Assembly: GCA_964602865.1 (NCBI GenBank)
Contig: CAZRSX010000003.1
Coordinates: 65,288-129,287 of the forward strand
Source of the DNA: an uncultured Candidatus Saccharibacteria bacterium
GTDB lineage: Bacteria; Patescibacteriota; Saccharimonadia; Saccharimonadales; JAGQNJ01
Direction: 5' to 3'
Length of the DNA: 64,000 nt
Shown: piece after piece, positions 27,326-36,208 of the stretch
Layout of the letters: the number at the start of each line of letters is the position of its first letter
Position numbering within the stretch: the stretch's first letter is position 1
Notes under the pieces: generated by a model
The model's input: the letters and a program-made list of their open reading frames with translations, nothing else
What the model was told of the DNA's origin: nothing
Databases searched by the model: none
Position numbers and translations under genes: made by a program

Positions 27326-27814
27326 TTAATACTGTCGTTCTACGCAACTAACATTACTCTTTGTTGCGTATGCGGCACCTTCATTGGTGATTATAACGAG
27401 ACCTTCAAAGTATTTAGTGTCACCTGGGGCAAGAGGAGTGTTCCAGGTGACATAATCATATCCGCTGTAAGTTCCAGCTTCGTTACGGATAGTTATTGAA
27501 CAAGCAGGGTTAGACTCAGTTGAACCAGTATTTTTTACTGTAAAAGTTAGTCTTCTGCTCGTAGGGTCTGCATATGTATTACCCGCAATATTTATCTCAT
27601 AGCTTGGTGGTTGTGACTTTGGGATTTGAGCTTGTTCTGCTTCGCTATTTTCTGTTTGTACCGGCTTTGGCTCTTGCCGAGCATTAGGGTCGGTCGTAAA
27701 TCTAACTATTAAAGCACTGCCGAAGTATAAGACGATGAATGATACAAGCAGAATACCCCACGGCTTTTTGTACCATTTCTTTGCTTGTTTCTTTGGTTTG
27801 TTAGTTGGCTGCAT
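27326..27814 (-). CDS. membrane-anchored hypothetical protein (beta-sandwich-like ectodomain)
   Basis: 162 aa. Basic N-terminus plus a TM helix (WGILLVSFIVLYFGSALIV), then a Ser/Thr-rich beta-type domain. Confidence 0.5.
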   Translation of the reverse strand: MQPTNKPKKQAKKWYKKPWGILLVSFIVLYFGSALIVRFTTDPNARQEPKPVQTENSEAEQAQIPKSQPPSYEINIAGNTYADPTSRRLTFTVKNTGSTESNPACSITIRNEAGTYSGYDYVTWNTPLAPGDTKYFEGLVIITNEGAAYATKSNVSCVERQY

Positions 27815-27889
27815 ATTGACTCCTCGCCTAAGTAATGTCGGTAATCAGCGAGTAAGTCTAGCCAAATAAAAAGGACAGCCACGCTGACT

Positions 27890-27992
27890 GTCTAGATCCA
27901 CAAAAGGGTTAAACCAATTGCTTTTTTACGTAGCTGCCCATTTTATGGTTTAACTACGTCAAAAAGACGTTTGCTCTTTTGTGAATCTAGAC
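27890..27992. repeat. nested imperfect inverted repeats in an intergenic region
   Basis: GTCTAGATCCACAAAAG (27890-27906) vs the reverse complement of 27976-27992 (GTCTAGATTCACAAAAG): 16/17 match. Inner GGTTAAACC (27907-27915) / GGTTTAAC (27947-27954). Confidence 0.6.
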
Positions 27993-27999
27993 TATTTCA

Positions 28000-28479
28000 T
28001 TATAGCTCATTTTCCTTCTTGAACTGCTCTTTTAGCTCCTTTCTGACACTAGCCTTAAATTCCTCAGGATCATGACCTGCAATACGAATCGCTTCATCGA
28101 CACCAATTAGGTTAATTAGCTCATCCAGTAACCTCTGCATGCTTCGAATCTCTCCCTTGTGTCGCAAGTTTTCTTCTAAATATAGCCTTATCGCATGAGG
28201 TCGATACTTTTTGCTGTTGTGCCTTAGTACGAAGGATATCGCCTGCTGATTATTATTGCTGACATTCTCGTATAGCTTCGACTCCGCAAAGTCACTAATC
28301 TTGTCCCGGCCTCGTTCAATAGCGATCGCTACCATTTCCCTGAAGGCCGGGTCTTGATCTCGCCACCTATAAAAAGTCGCTCTTGATATCTTAAGTCTGT
28401 TACATGCCCTGGTAACAAGTGGATTTTCCTCAAGTTCCTTTAATAGCCCGACTTTTTTATCACGAGTTTTTCTTGCCAT
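28000..28479 (-). CDS. HTH DNA-binding protein (phage terminase-small-subunit-like / regulator)
   Basis: 159 aa. LVTRACNRLKISRATFYRWRDQDPAF is a helix-turn-helix. Overlaps the upstream methylase gene end by 20 nt. Confidence 0.5.
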   Translation of the reverse strand: MARKTRDKKVGLLKELEENPLVTRACNRLKISRATFYRWRDQDPAFREMVAIAIERGRDKISDFAESKLYENVSNNNQQAISFVLRHNSKKYRPHAIRLYLEENLRHKGEIRSMQRLLDELINLIGVDEAIRIAGHDPEEFKASVRKELKEQFKKENEL

Positions 28480-29806
28480 CGATTTTTACCCTTTTCTGAC
28501 CAGTCAACGTCTCCCATCTCTTAAGTGCAACCTCGGCGTATACTGGTGATTTTTCCATGATGTAACATCTCCGCTTTAGTTTGGTAGCAGCAATTAGCGT
28601 TGAGCCTGATCCACAAAAGGGTTCGACCACTAGATCTCCACGCTTAGTAAGTACCTTAATATAAGGAATAAGTATCTCGATCGGCTTGGTTCCAAAGATG
28701 ACGCCTTGCCCAGAGTGCTTTTCATCACTGGCTATAAAGTCAATGTGATCTGTTGGTTGGTATTTCTTGCCCCCTTCATATCCCTCCCACTGAGGCTTGC
28801 CAGAAATGGCATATAAAGCTGTCTCGTATTCTTCTTGCAGTCCATCTGGCTCTTCATCATGGTTATAAAGAACCTCGCCGCTTGCTCCCACCATAGCAAT
28901 GTCGTGCTTGCTGAAGAACTTATACTTGGACGCAAAGCCCTGGTGACGATTTTTTAAATGCCAAACGATCATATTTTTTATCTTCCAGTGTTTAGCCATC
29001 TCGGCCCAAATAACAGGGATATTCTTCCAATTTTCATAACATATGATACTGAAGTCAGGTTTTGCATGAGCGGCAATATTAGCCATCCAGAGTTCGGTAA
29101 AATCATCAGGTAGCATATCGGTCTCTAGGTATCTTCGGTTTCTTTTTGCACCGAACCCTTCTGTAGGCTTGCCGTGTCGCTTTGCGTTCAAGTAGTCCAA
29201 GATGTAAGGCGGATCCGTCATGCACATGTCTGCTAGCTCTCCGTCCATGAGTTTTGTCACATCCGCTTTAACCGTTGAGTCACCGACCATCAGTCGTGAG
29301 TCGCCTAGCTGGTAGATGTCACCCTTACTGGCGTTAATCTTTCTTATGTCGAGCTTCTCCAACTCCTTGTTCAGGTTAAACGGCTTGTCTTCGCCGTTAC
29401 TTATGTCAAAGACTTCATCCAATTCCTCGCTCGTAAAACCTATATCTGTCAGTAGCGTCTCATCAAATTTGGCTAGCAGTTCAAAGTCCCAGTCCCCAAG
29501 ATTTTTATTGAGCCGAATATTAAGTTCCTTTTCACGCTCAATATCTGAGATATCTACATATACTACCGGCACCTCGGTGTAGCCGAGGTCCTTTGCCACC
29601 TTCAGGCGAAAGTGGCCTCCTATAACTACATTCTTGCGTTTAGCTGACACATTCACGAGTATCGGATCAACCAATCCGAAGCTTCTGATACTATCGGCGA
29701 GTTGCTCAATCGCATGTTCGGACCACTTTCGTGGGTTATACGGAGCTGGGTTTAGCTCAGTAATTTTTACAGTTTGTATTTTTAAGCTAGGCGTTTTTAT
29801 AGCCAT
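28460..29806 (-). CDS. ParB-like nuclease domain fused to N6A/N4C DNA methyltransferase (beta class)
   Basis: N-terminal KITELNPAPYNPRKW...GGHFRLKVAKDLG is a ParB/Srx-type domain. DPPY (motif IV) precedes FCGSGST (motif I). Start at ATG 29806 with an upstream GGAGGAC. Confidence 0.85.
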   Translation of the reverse strand: MAIKTPSLKIQTVKITELNPAPYNPRKWSEHAIEQLADSIRSFGLVDPILVNVSAKRKNVVIGGHFRLKVAKDLGYTEVPVVYVDISDIEREKELNIRLNKNLGDWDFELLAKFDETLLTDIGFTSEELDEVFDISNGEDKPFNLNKELEKLDIRKINASKGDIYQLGDSRLMVGDSTVKADVTKLMDGELADMCMTDPPYILDYLNAKRHGKPTEGFGAKRNRRYLETDMLPDDFTELWMANIAAHAKPDFSIICYENWKNIPVIWAEMAKHWKIKNMIVWHLKNRHQGFASKYKFFSKHDIAMVGASGEVLYNHDEEPDGLQEEYETALYAISGKPQWEGYEGGKKYQPTDHIDFIASDEKHSGQGVIFGTKPIEILIPYIKVLTKRGDLVVEPFCGSGSTLIAATKLKRRCYIMEKSPVYAEVALKRWETLTGQKRVKIDGKKNS

Positions 29807-30008
29807 AATTTTGTCCTCCAGTGTCGCAATCGGAAATAAAAATACTCCTGCCATTGACGACTTAGTTGTTATATAACTAGGCCCTTTGTCAATTCGCAGG
29901 AGCGTTAGCTCAACTGGATTGTCACGCGGTATAGCGTATTAACTACAGTATAGCACTAATGTGCTTATGTGCATGGGTTTTTGTCTGGGAACAGAGGTGT
30001 TTTTAGGG

Positions 30009-30014
30009 TATAAT
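30009..30014 (+). promoter_or_regulatory. candidate -10 box (TATAAT) for the plus-strand operon
   Basis: GGGTATAATATTG lies about 40 nt upstream of the 30054 start codon. No good -35 at canonical spacing. Confidence 0.3.
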
Positions 30015-30053
30015 ATTGTGTAATATGACTGTCTATTTTGAAGAGGCCACAAA

Positions 30054-32846
30054 ATGAGATTAAGCTTTTCTGACGTGCAACGAAACGTGTCTGAGATAGC
30101 TAATCGTCAAAGCTACTCAATTGATGTCCTATACGAGCTCATGGCTGCCTATGGCCGATCTGCCTCTTCAATTACAAAGCTACGCAACGGCATTATTAAT
30201 CTCGCCGAGGATAAACAAAGTACAGTACTTCAACGTGGAGTCGTTTATCTTAAGGATACTGGCTCCGTTGAAAGTCTACCTGCAGAGGTTGAAAAACTAG
30301 AGCAAGACCCTCTAACCGTGAGATACAACCCTCGCTTTCTAATTGCTACCGATTTTAAAACATTTGCGGCTAAAGACACCAAAAAAGGAAACACCCTCGA
30401 GATTGCATGGGAGGATATCGATAGAAATGTCGATTTCTTCTACGGGTGGACTGGCGATGAAGTAACAGACGAAAAGACAGAAGCCGTTGCCGATCGTCGT
30501 GCTGCCGACAAGATGAAAGAACTCTATTACGAAATAGAGAAAATAAATCGCGACAAGCTGGCCGAAAAAGGTAATACTTTCAGGCATGATCTGAATGTAT
30601 TTTTCACCCGTTTGCTGTTCTGTTTCTTTGCAGAAGACACGAAGGTCTTTAGCAAAGAGGACAAGAGTATTTTTACTAGTGCAATTAAAGACTACACGCT
30701 TACCGATGGTAGCGATCTGGACGAATTCCTCAACACACTATTCAGTGCGTTGGATAGCGAGGACAAGTCATCGTTCACAAGTCCGTTTTCTAACTTCCCA
30801 TATGTAAACGGAACACTTTTTGATACCACTCGCAACATAGCCATTCCTAAATTCAATGCCCAAGCACGTAAGTACATCTTGGATTGTGGATCTCTCAATT
30901 GGGCAGAAATTAATCCTGATATCTTTGGCTCTATGTTCCAGAGTATTGTGGACGAAGAACATCGAGCCACACACGGCCAACACTATACAAGCGTGCCAAA
31001 TATCATGAAAACAATCGAGCCTTTGTTTTTGGACGAGCTACGAGAAGAGTTCGACAAGCACTATGACAACCAATCTAAGCTTATAAAACTTCATGATCGG
31101 ATATCGAAGATCAAGATTTTTGACCCTGCTTGCGGCTCTGGCAACTTCTTGATTATTGCCTACAAAGAGCTACGCAAACTTGAGCATGCCATTATCGAAC
31201 GGCTCTATGAGGATGATTTCAAAAAAGCAGCGCTTGCAGGTAGACTTTCTACGCGCATTGACCTAGATAACTTTTATGGCATCGAGATTGATGATTTTGC
31301 TTGCGAGGTTGCGGTACTGTCACTATACCTAGCCAAACATCAAATGAACATTGAGTTTGAAAAGCAGTTTGGTAAAGAAATAAAGCTTATTCCACTCAAA
31401 GACAAGGCCAATATACATCATGGCAACTCAACAAGGGTAAATTGGCAAGAGGTATGTCCTAACATAGAGCACACTATTGACGTCCATCGGGCACATGAAC
31501 AAAGTACTCTCATTGAATTTGATGATAAGCAACCAACTTTGGAGCTAGGTCAAAAATATTGGGACGAAATATATCTAATCGGTAACCCACCATACCTTGG
31601 GTCAAGTTTGCAGGACGCAGATCAAAAAAGAGACATGACCCATGTGTTCTCTTCGTTTGGCAACTACAAGAACTTAGACTTGATTGCAGCTTGGTTTAAG
31701 TTAGGTGCTGATTATATACATGGCTCAAAGGCAAAGCTGGCATTTGTGTCAACAAACTCAATATGTCAGGGTGAACAAGTCGCTCTTCTTTGGCCGTATA
31801 TCTTTGACAAGGATGTCGAAATTGGCTTTGCGCATTCTTCGTTTAAGTGGAAGAATGGAGCACGAGATGTAGCGGGTGTAACGGTAGTAATTATCGGCTT
31901 ACAGTCATTGAGCAATGACACTAAGTACATATATAACGGTGGCATTCGCTCTGAAGCCAGCCACATTAATGCTTATTTGAGCGAAGGCGATAACATAATT
32001 GTAGTTAAGCGCACAAAACCATTATCGAACATTCCTAGAATGGGCTATGGATGCAAGCCTGTTGATGGTGGTCATCTTATATTTGATACCGAGACTAAAC
32101 AAAAAGTAGTATCTGAGGATCCAGGTATAGAGAAGTACATTAAGAAATTTGTTAGCGGCCAAGACTACCTCAATCAAAAAACAAGATGGTGTCTTTGGAT
32201 ATCTGATGCAGATTTTGCTGAAGCGTATAAGCATAACTTCATAAAAGAACGTGTCGATGCAGTACGCGAATTCAGGCTGGGCAGAAAAGATAAAGGTGCT
32301 CAGGATATGGCTAAAAAGCCCTATCAGTTTAGAGAGTTTGTCATGCCACCAGAAAACTCAATTATCGTTCCTTCCACATCATCCGAAAGACGAGAATATG
32401 TACCCTTTGGATATATTGAGGTGGGCACAATCGTTAATAATGCTTCATTTGTACTTTCAAATGCACCTCTTCATATATTTGGCCTTATTAGCTCAAGGAT
32501 GCATATGATCTGGATGCGAGCCGTATCCGGAAAGCTAAAGACGGACTATAGATATTCGTCGTCTCTTGTATACAACACTTTCCCATTCCAACCATCAAGC
32601 AGTCAACTAGAGGAAATTTCTAGCAAAGCCCGTAATGTCATATTCGCCAGACAAAATCATTCTGAAAAAACTCTAGCTGAAATGTACGATCCAGATAAGA
32701 TGCCAAACGATGTACGCGAAGCACATCAGGAGCTGGACTTAGTTGTTGATCAAATTTATCGTGCAAAACCATATGGATCTGACGAAGAAAGACTAGCAGA
32801 CCTATTTGAACTTTATGAACAAATGGTAGAAAGAGAGAAGAAATAA
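30054..32846 (+). CDS. MmeI-family (type IIL / YeeA / PglX-like) N6-adenine DNA methyltransferase
   Basis: 930 aa. MmeI-type N-terminal region (RFLIATDFKTFAAKD...LEIAWEDIDRNVDFFYGWTG), motif I FDPACGSGNFLI, motif IV GNPPYLG, long C-terminal TRD-like region. Confidence 0.8.
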   Translation: MRLSFSDVQRNVSEIANRQSYSIDVLYELMAAYGRSASSITKLRNGIINLAEDKQSTVLQRGVVYLKDTGSVESLPAEVEKLEQDPLTVRYNPRFLIATDFKTFAAKDTKKGNTLEIAWEDIDRNVDFFYGWTGDEVTDEKTEAVADRRAADKMKELYYEIEKINRDKLAEKGNTFRHDLNVFFTRLLFCFFAEDTKVFSKEDKSIFTSAIKDYTLTDGSDLDEFLNTLFSALDSEDKSSFTSPFSNFPYVNGTLFDTTRNIAIPKFNAQARKYILDCGSLNWAEINPDIFGSMFQSIVDEEHRATHGQHYTSVPNIMKTIEPLFLDELREEFDKHYDNQSKLIKLHDRISKIKIFDPACGSGNFLIIAYKELRKLEHAIIERLYEDDFKKAALAGRLSTRIDLDNFYGIEIDDFACEVAVLSLYLAKHQMNIEFEKQFGKEIKLIPLKDKANIHHGNSTRVNWQEVCPNIEHTIDVHRAHEQSTLIEFDDKQPTLELGQKYWDEIYLIGNPPYLGSSLQDADQKRDMTHVFSSFGNYKNLDLIAAWFKLGADYIHGSKAKLAFVSTNSICQGEQVALLWPYIFDKDVEIGFAHSSFKWKNGARDVAGVTVVIIGLQSLSNDTKYIYNGGIRSEASHINAYLSEGDNIIVVKRTKPLSNIPRMGYGCKPVDGGHLIFDTETKQKVVSEDPGIEKYIKKFVSGQDYLNQKTRWCLWISDADFAEAYKHNFIKERVDAVREFRLGRKDKGAQDMAKKPYQFREFVMPPENSIIVPSTSSERREYVPFGYIEVGTIVNNASFVLSNAPLHIFGLISSRMHMIWMRAVSGKLKTDYRYSSSLVYNTFPFQPSSSQLEEISSKARNVIFARQNHSEKTLAEMYDPDKMPNDVREAHQELDLVVDQIYRAKPYGSDEERLADLFELYEQMVEREKK

Positions 32847-32848
32847 AC

Positions 32849-34822
32849 ATGAGCAACGCAACTATAAATATTATCGAAAACACCTACGGGCAAACTGGGC
32901 AAAGTAAAAAGACGAATAATCTTGGTATGCGTGAGATGCAGGAAAAGGCTTACGAGCTGCGTAAAAGCAAGCACCTGTTGATTAAGGCACCTCCTGCTTC
33001 GGGTAAATCTCGTGCACTCATGTACATAGCACTCGACAAGCTTCACAATCAAGGATTGAAGAAAGTCATCGTAGCCGTACCCGAAACATCCATTGGTGCA
33101 TCATTCTCAAATACTAACCTGTCTGATGGTGGATTCTTCACGGATTGGACAGTAGAACCACGCAACAACCTATGTGCAGGTTCGGGTGATGACAAAAGTA
33201 AAGTAAGTGCGTTCATACGCTTCATGCAAAGTGACGATCAAATACTAGTCTGTACGCATGCAACACTAAGATTCGCCTTCGAAGAAATAAACCCGAGCGA
33301 CTTTAATGATTGTGTACTCGCGATAGACGAATTCCATCACGTTTCTACTAGTGACACTAGCCGACTTGGCGAGCTTGTACGTAACGTTATGCGCTCATCA
33401 AGCGTTCAAATGATTGCCATGACAGGTTCGTACTTCCGTGGAGATGCTGTGCCAATCTTACGAGCTGAAGATGAGATGGATTTTGACAAAGTCACCTACA
33501 CCTATTACGAGCAATTAAACGGCTATGAATACCTGAAAACTTTAGGCATTGGTTATCACTTTTATACTGGAAGCTACTTGGATAAAGGTGCTCTTGAGGC
33601 TGTACTAGACACAGAAAAGAAAACCATCATCCACATTCCAAATGTAAACTCCAAAGAGTCTACTCAGATTGGCAAGCATGAAGAAGTTCAACAGATATAT
33701 GGCCTAATTGGCGAGTGGCAAGAACAAAATCCTGATACTGGCATAGAAATTCTAAAGACTAGTGATGGCCGGTTACTCAAAGTCGCTAACCTTGTAGAAG
33801 ACGAGCCTATTCACAGAGCAAAGCTAGATAAGTATCTATCCGAAGTAGCTAAAGACGATATTGACGGTGTAGATATAATCATTGCCTTAGGTAAGGCAAA
33901 AGAGGGTTTTGATTGGCCGTTTTGTCAGCAAGCTCTAACTATCGGTTATAGGGCAAGCCTCACTGAAATAGTTCAAATTATCGGACGCTGTACACGCGAT
34001 AGTTATAACAAATCACACGCACAATTTACTAACCTCATTGTTCAACCAAACGGCACCCAAGACGATGTTCAGGTGTCGGTAAACAATATGCTTAAAGCAA
34101 TTACAGCATCTTTACTCATGGAACAAGTTCTTGCACCAAACTTCACATTCAAACCAAGAACGTCTCCTACTCAAAAAACCCAAGCGGGTGAAGTATTCGT
34201 TAAAGGTCTCAAGCAACCGCCTAATGAAAAGGTTAAGCGAATTCTAGAAACAGAACTCGAAGACTTAACAGCTGCCGTACTTCAAGACACACAGTACCAA
34301 CGTTCAGTTGCTGCTGATCATCCACCAGAATATCGTAAGCACCTTCAATCAAAGATTATTCGCGAAAAACTTCCCGGTCTAACCGACGAAGAAGTTGAAG
34401 TAACACGACAATACCTTGCAAGCAACCTTGCGTTTAAGACAGGAAAAATTACTGAGGATGGTGGCAAGAAGTTCATTACGATGGCCAGTAGCTTCGTAAA
34501 CCTTGATGAACTAACAATTGATCTAATTGATTCAATTAATCCGTTCCAACATGCTTTTGAAGTCATATCCAAGAAAGTTGGGACAGACGTGTTCCGAGTT
34601 ATACAGGATACTATTGCAGGTTCAAGAATAGATATGTCTGATGAGGACGCTTTGGCACTTGTTCCTCAAATCAAGGCTTTTGTAGTTGCCCATAATGGTA
34701 AGTATCCGATGCTGAATTCAAATGACAAGAATGAGAAGTTATTAGCACAGGCTCAAGCATATCTCACAGCTAGATATGCCCAAGTTCAGCGAGATAGACA
34801 GCAAGGTGGCGAAAATGGCTAA
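32849..34822 (+). CDS. SF2 DEAD/DEAH-type helicase (YeeB-like)
   Basis: 657 aa. Motif I KAPPASGKSRAL, motif II AIDEFHHV, motif VI QIIGRCTRD. Starts 2 nt after the methylase stop. Confidence 0.8.
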   Translation: MSNATINIIENTYGQTGQSKKTNNLGMREMQEKAYELRKSKHLLIKAPPASGKSRALMYIALDKLHNQGLKKVIVAVPETSIGASFSNTNLSDGGFFTDWTVEPRNNLCAGSGDDKSKVSAFIRFMQSDDQILVCTHATLRFAFEEINPSDFNDCVLAIDEFHHVSTSDTSRLGELVRNVMRSSSVQMIAMTGSYFRGDAVPILRAEDEMDFDKVTYTYYEQLNGYEYLKTLGIGYHFYTGSYLDKGALEAVLDTEKKTIIHIPNVNSKESTQIGKHEEVQQIYGLIGEWQEQNPDTGIEILKTSDGRLLKVANLVEDEPIHRAKLDKYLSEVAKDDIDGVDIIIALGKAKEGFDWPFCQQALTIGYRASLTEIVQIIGRCTRDSYNKSHAQFTNLIVQPNGTQDDVQVSVNNMLKAITASLLMEQVLAPNFTFKPRTSPTQKTQAGEVFVKGLKQPPNEKVKRILETELEDLTAAVLQDTQYQRSVAADHPPEYRKHLQSKIIREKLPGLTDEEVEVTRQYLASNLAFKTGKITEDGGKKFITMASSFVNLDELTIDLIDSINPFQHAFEVISKKVGTDVFRVIQDTIAGSRIDMSDEDALALVPQIKAFVVAHNGKYPMLNSNDKNEKLLAQAQAYLTARYAQVQRDRQQGGENG

Positions 34823-35972
34823 AGATTTAACTGATGATTTAATCAAACTATTTGAATCTGATGATGGTAAATTATTTGTTCCCAAAGAAAAACCGACTGC
34901 ACCAACGGCAGATGATAGGTTAGCTGAATCATTCCAGAAAATTATAGAATTTGTTGAAGAAAATGATCGTCAGCCAGACATTGAATCTAATGATATAAAC
35001 GAAGCAATGCTAGCCAAGCGCCTTGAATCAATTAAGAATAATCCTGAAAAAGTTGAAGCACTAGAATCGTACGATTCACTCGGACTGCTTGTAACCCCAG
35101 AAGCCCCGGAGAGTGTAGAAGAATTATTTGATAAAGACGAATTTGGCTTATTCAGCGGAGTCGGTGCTGAGGTGCTGAACGTTAAGCACGTTCCTTTAAC
35201 TCCTCGTGCTCAAGCAGATGAAGTTGCTAGAAGAACCAGAGCTGAAGATTTTGATTCCTTCAAAGAAGGCTTTATCGAAGTGCAAAACGATTTGAAGTCT
35301 GGTAAACAAAAACTCGTTACTTTTACTAACGTAGAGCAAATAAAGCAAGGTCGTTATTTTGTGAGTGGTGGCCAGCTTTTATATGTGGCTAATATTGGTG
35401 AAGAAAAGCTTGTGCACGGACGCATGAAAAGCAGAATTCGTGCAATTTTCGAAAACGGCAGTGAGTCCAATATGTTTTTACGCTCACTCTCCAGTCAGCT
35501 CTATTATGACGGATACTGTGTTGTTGACGAACAGGAAATCTACGATAACGTAACGGACGATGATGATGTTAAGGGCTACATCTATATAGTGCGTTCACTC
35601 AGCGAAGATCCAAAAATTAGTACCATTGAAAACCTTTATAAAATTGGCTTCTCAAGAACCCCAGTTGCGAAGCGCATTTCTGGATCAAAGGATGATCCAA
35701 CATATCTGATGTCAGACCTTGAGCTAGTTGAAAGTTATCGAGTAACAGGCGATTATAACCCGCAGAAAGTAGAACATTTTATTCACCGTGTATTTGCGGA
35801 TGCTGCATTAGACGTAACTATTACCGACAAAAATGGGAGAGAATACACGCCTCGTGAGTGGTACTGTGTACCGATTCAAGCTGTGCGACACGCAGTTGAA
35901 TTAATCGATGGTGGCGAGATCGTTAACTACACTTACAATTCTGAAACTCAAGAAATGGTAGAGGCGAATTAG
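34815..35972 (+). CDS. T5orf172/MUG113-type GIY-YIG superfamily nuclease-like protein
   Basis: C-terminal GYIYIVRSLSED...LYKIGFSRTPVAKRI...REWYCVP. Start at ATG 34815 (MAKDLTDD), overlapping the helicase stop by 8 nt (ATGGCTAA). Confidence 0.6.
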   Translation: MAKDLTDDLIKLFESDDGKLFVPKEKPTAPTADDRLAESFQKIIEFVEENDRQPDIESNDINEAMLAKRLESIKNNPEKVEALESYDSLGLLVTPEAPESVEELFDKDEFGLFSGVGAEVLNVKHVPLTPRAQADEVARRTRAEDFDSFKEGFIEVQNDLKSGKQKLVTFTNVEQIKQGRYFVSGGQLLYVANIGEEKLVHGRMKSRIRAIFENGSESNMFLRSLSSQLYYDGYCVVDEQEIYDNVTDDDDVKGYIYIVRSLSEDPKISTIENLYKIGFSRTPVAKRISGSKDDPTYLMSDLELVESYRVTGDYNPQKVEHFIHRVFADAALDVTITDKNGREYTPREWYCVPIQAVRHAVELIDGGEIVNYTYNSETQEMVEAN

Positions 35973-36208
35973 TGATGAGTAGCTGTGTTTGCTCTGTTTG
36001 TGGCCACGATGAGGATAAATGCACATTCGATGAGAATTATCGACGAGCCAAAGAGCTTATCGGATTCAAGAAAAATGCATCAGCTGCCTTGCTTCAACGA
36101 GACTTAAAGATTAGCTACGTGAAATCAGTTGAAATATTAGAAGAGCTAGAATCAGAGGGACTGATCGGTCCGGCTGACGGCGCAAATCCAAGGACGGTTA
36201 ATCTCTAA
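35972..36208 (+). CDS. small Cys-cluster + FtsK-gamma-like winged-helix protein
   Basis: 78 aa. CVCSVCGHDEDKC, then ASAALLQRDLKISYVKSVEILEELESEGLIGPADGANPRTV, which tracks the FtsK/SpoIIIE gamma-domain consensus (S.LQR.l.IGY.RA..i.d.mE..GiVgP..G...R.V). Start GTG 35972 or ATG 35975. Confidence 0.55.
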   Translation: MMSSCVCSVCGHDEDKCTFDENYRRAKELIGFKKNASAALLQRDLKISYVKSVEILEELESEGLIGPADGANPRTVNL

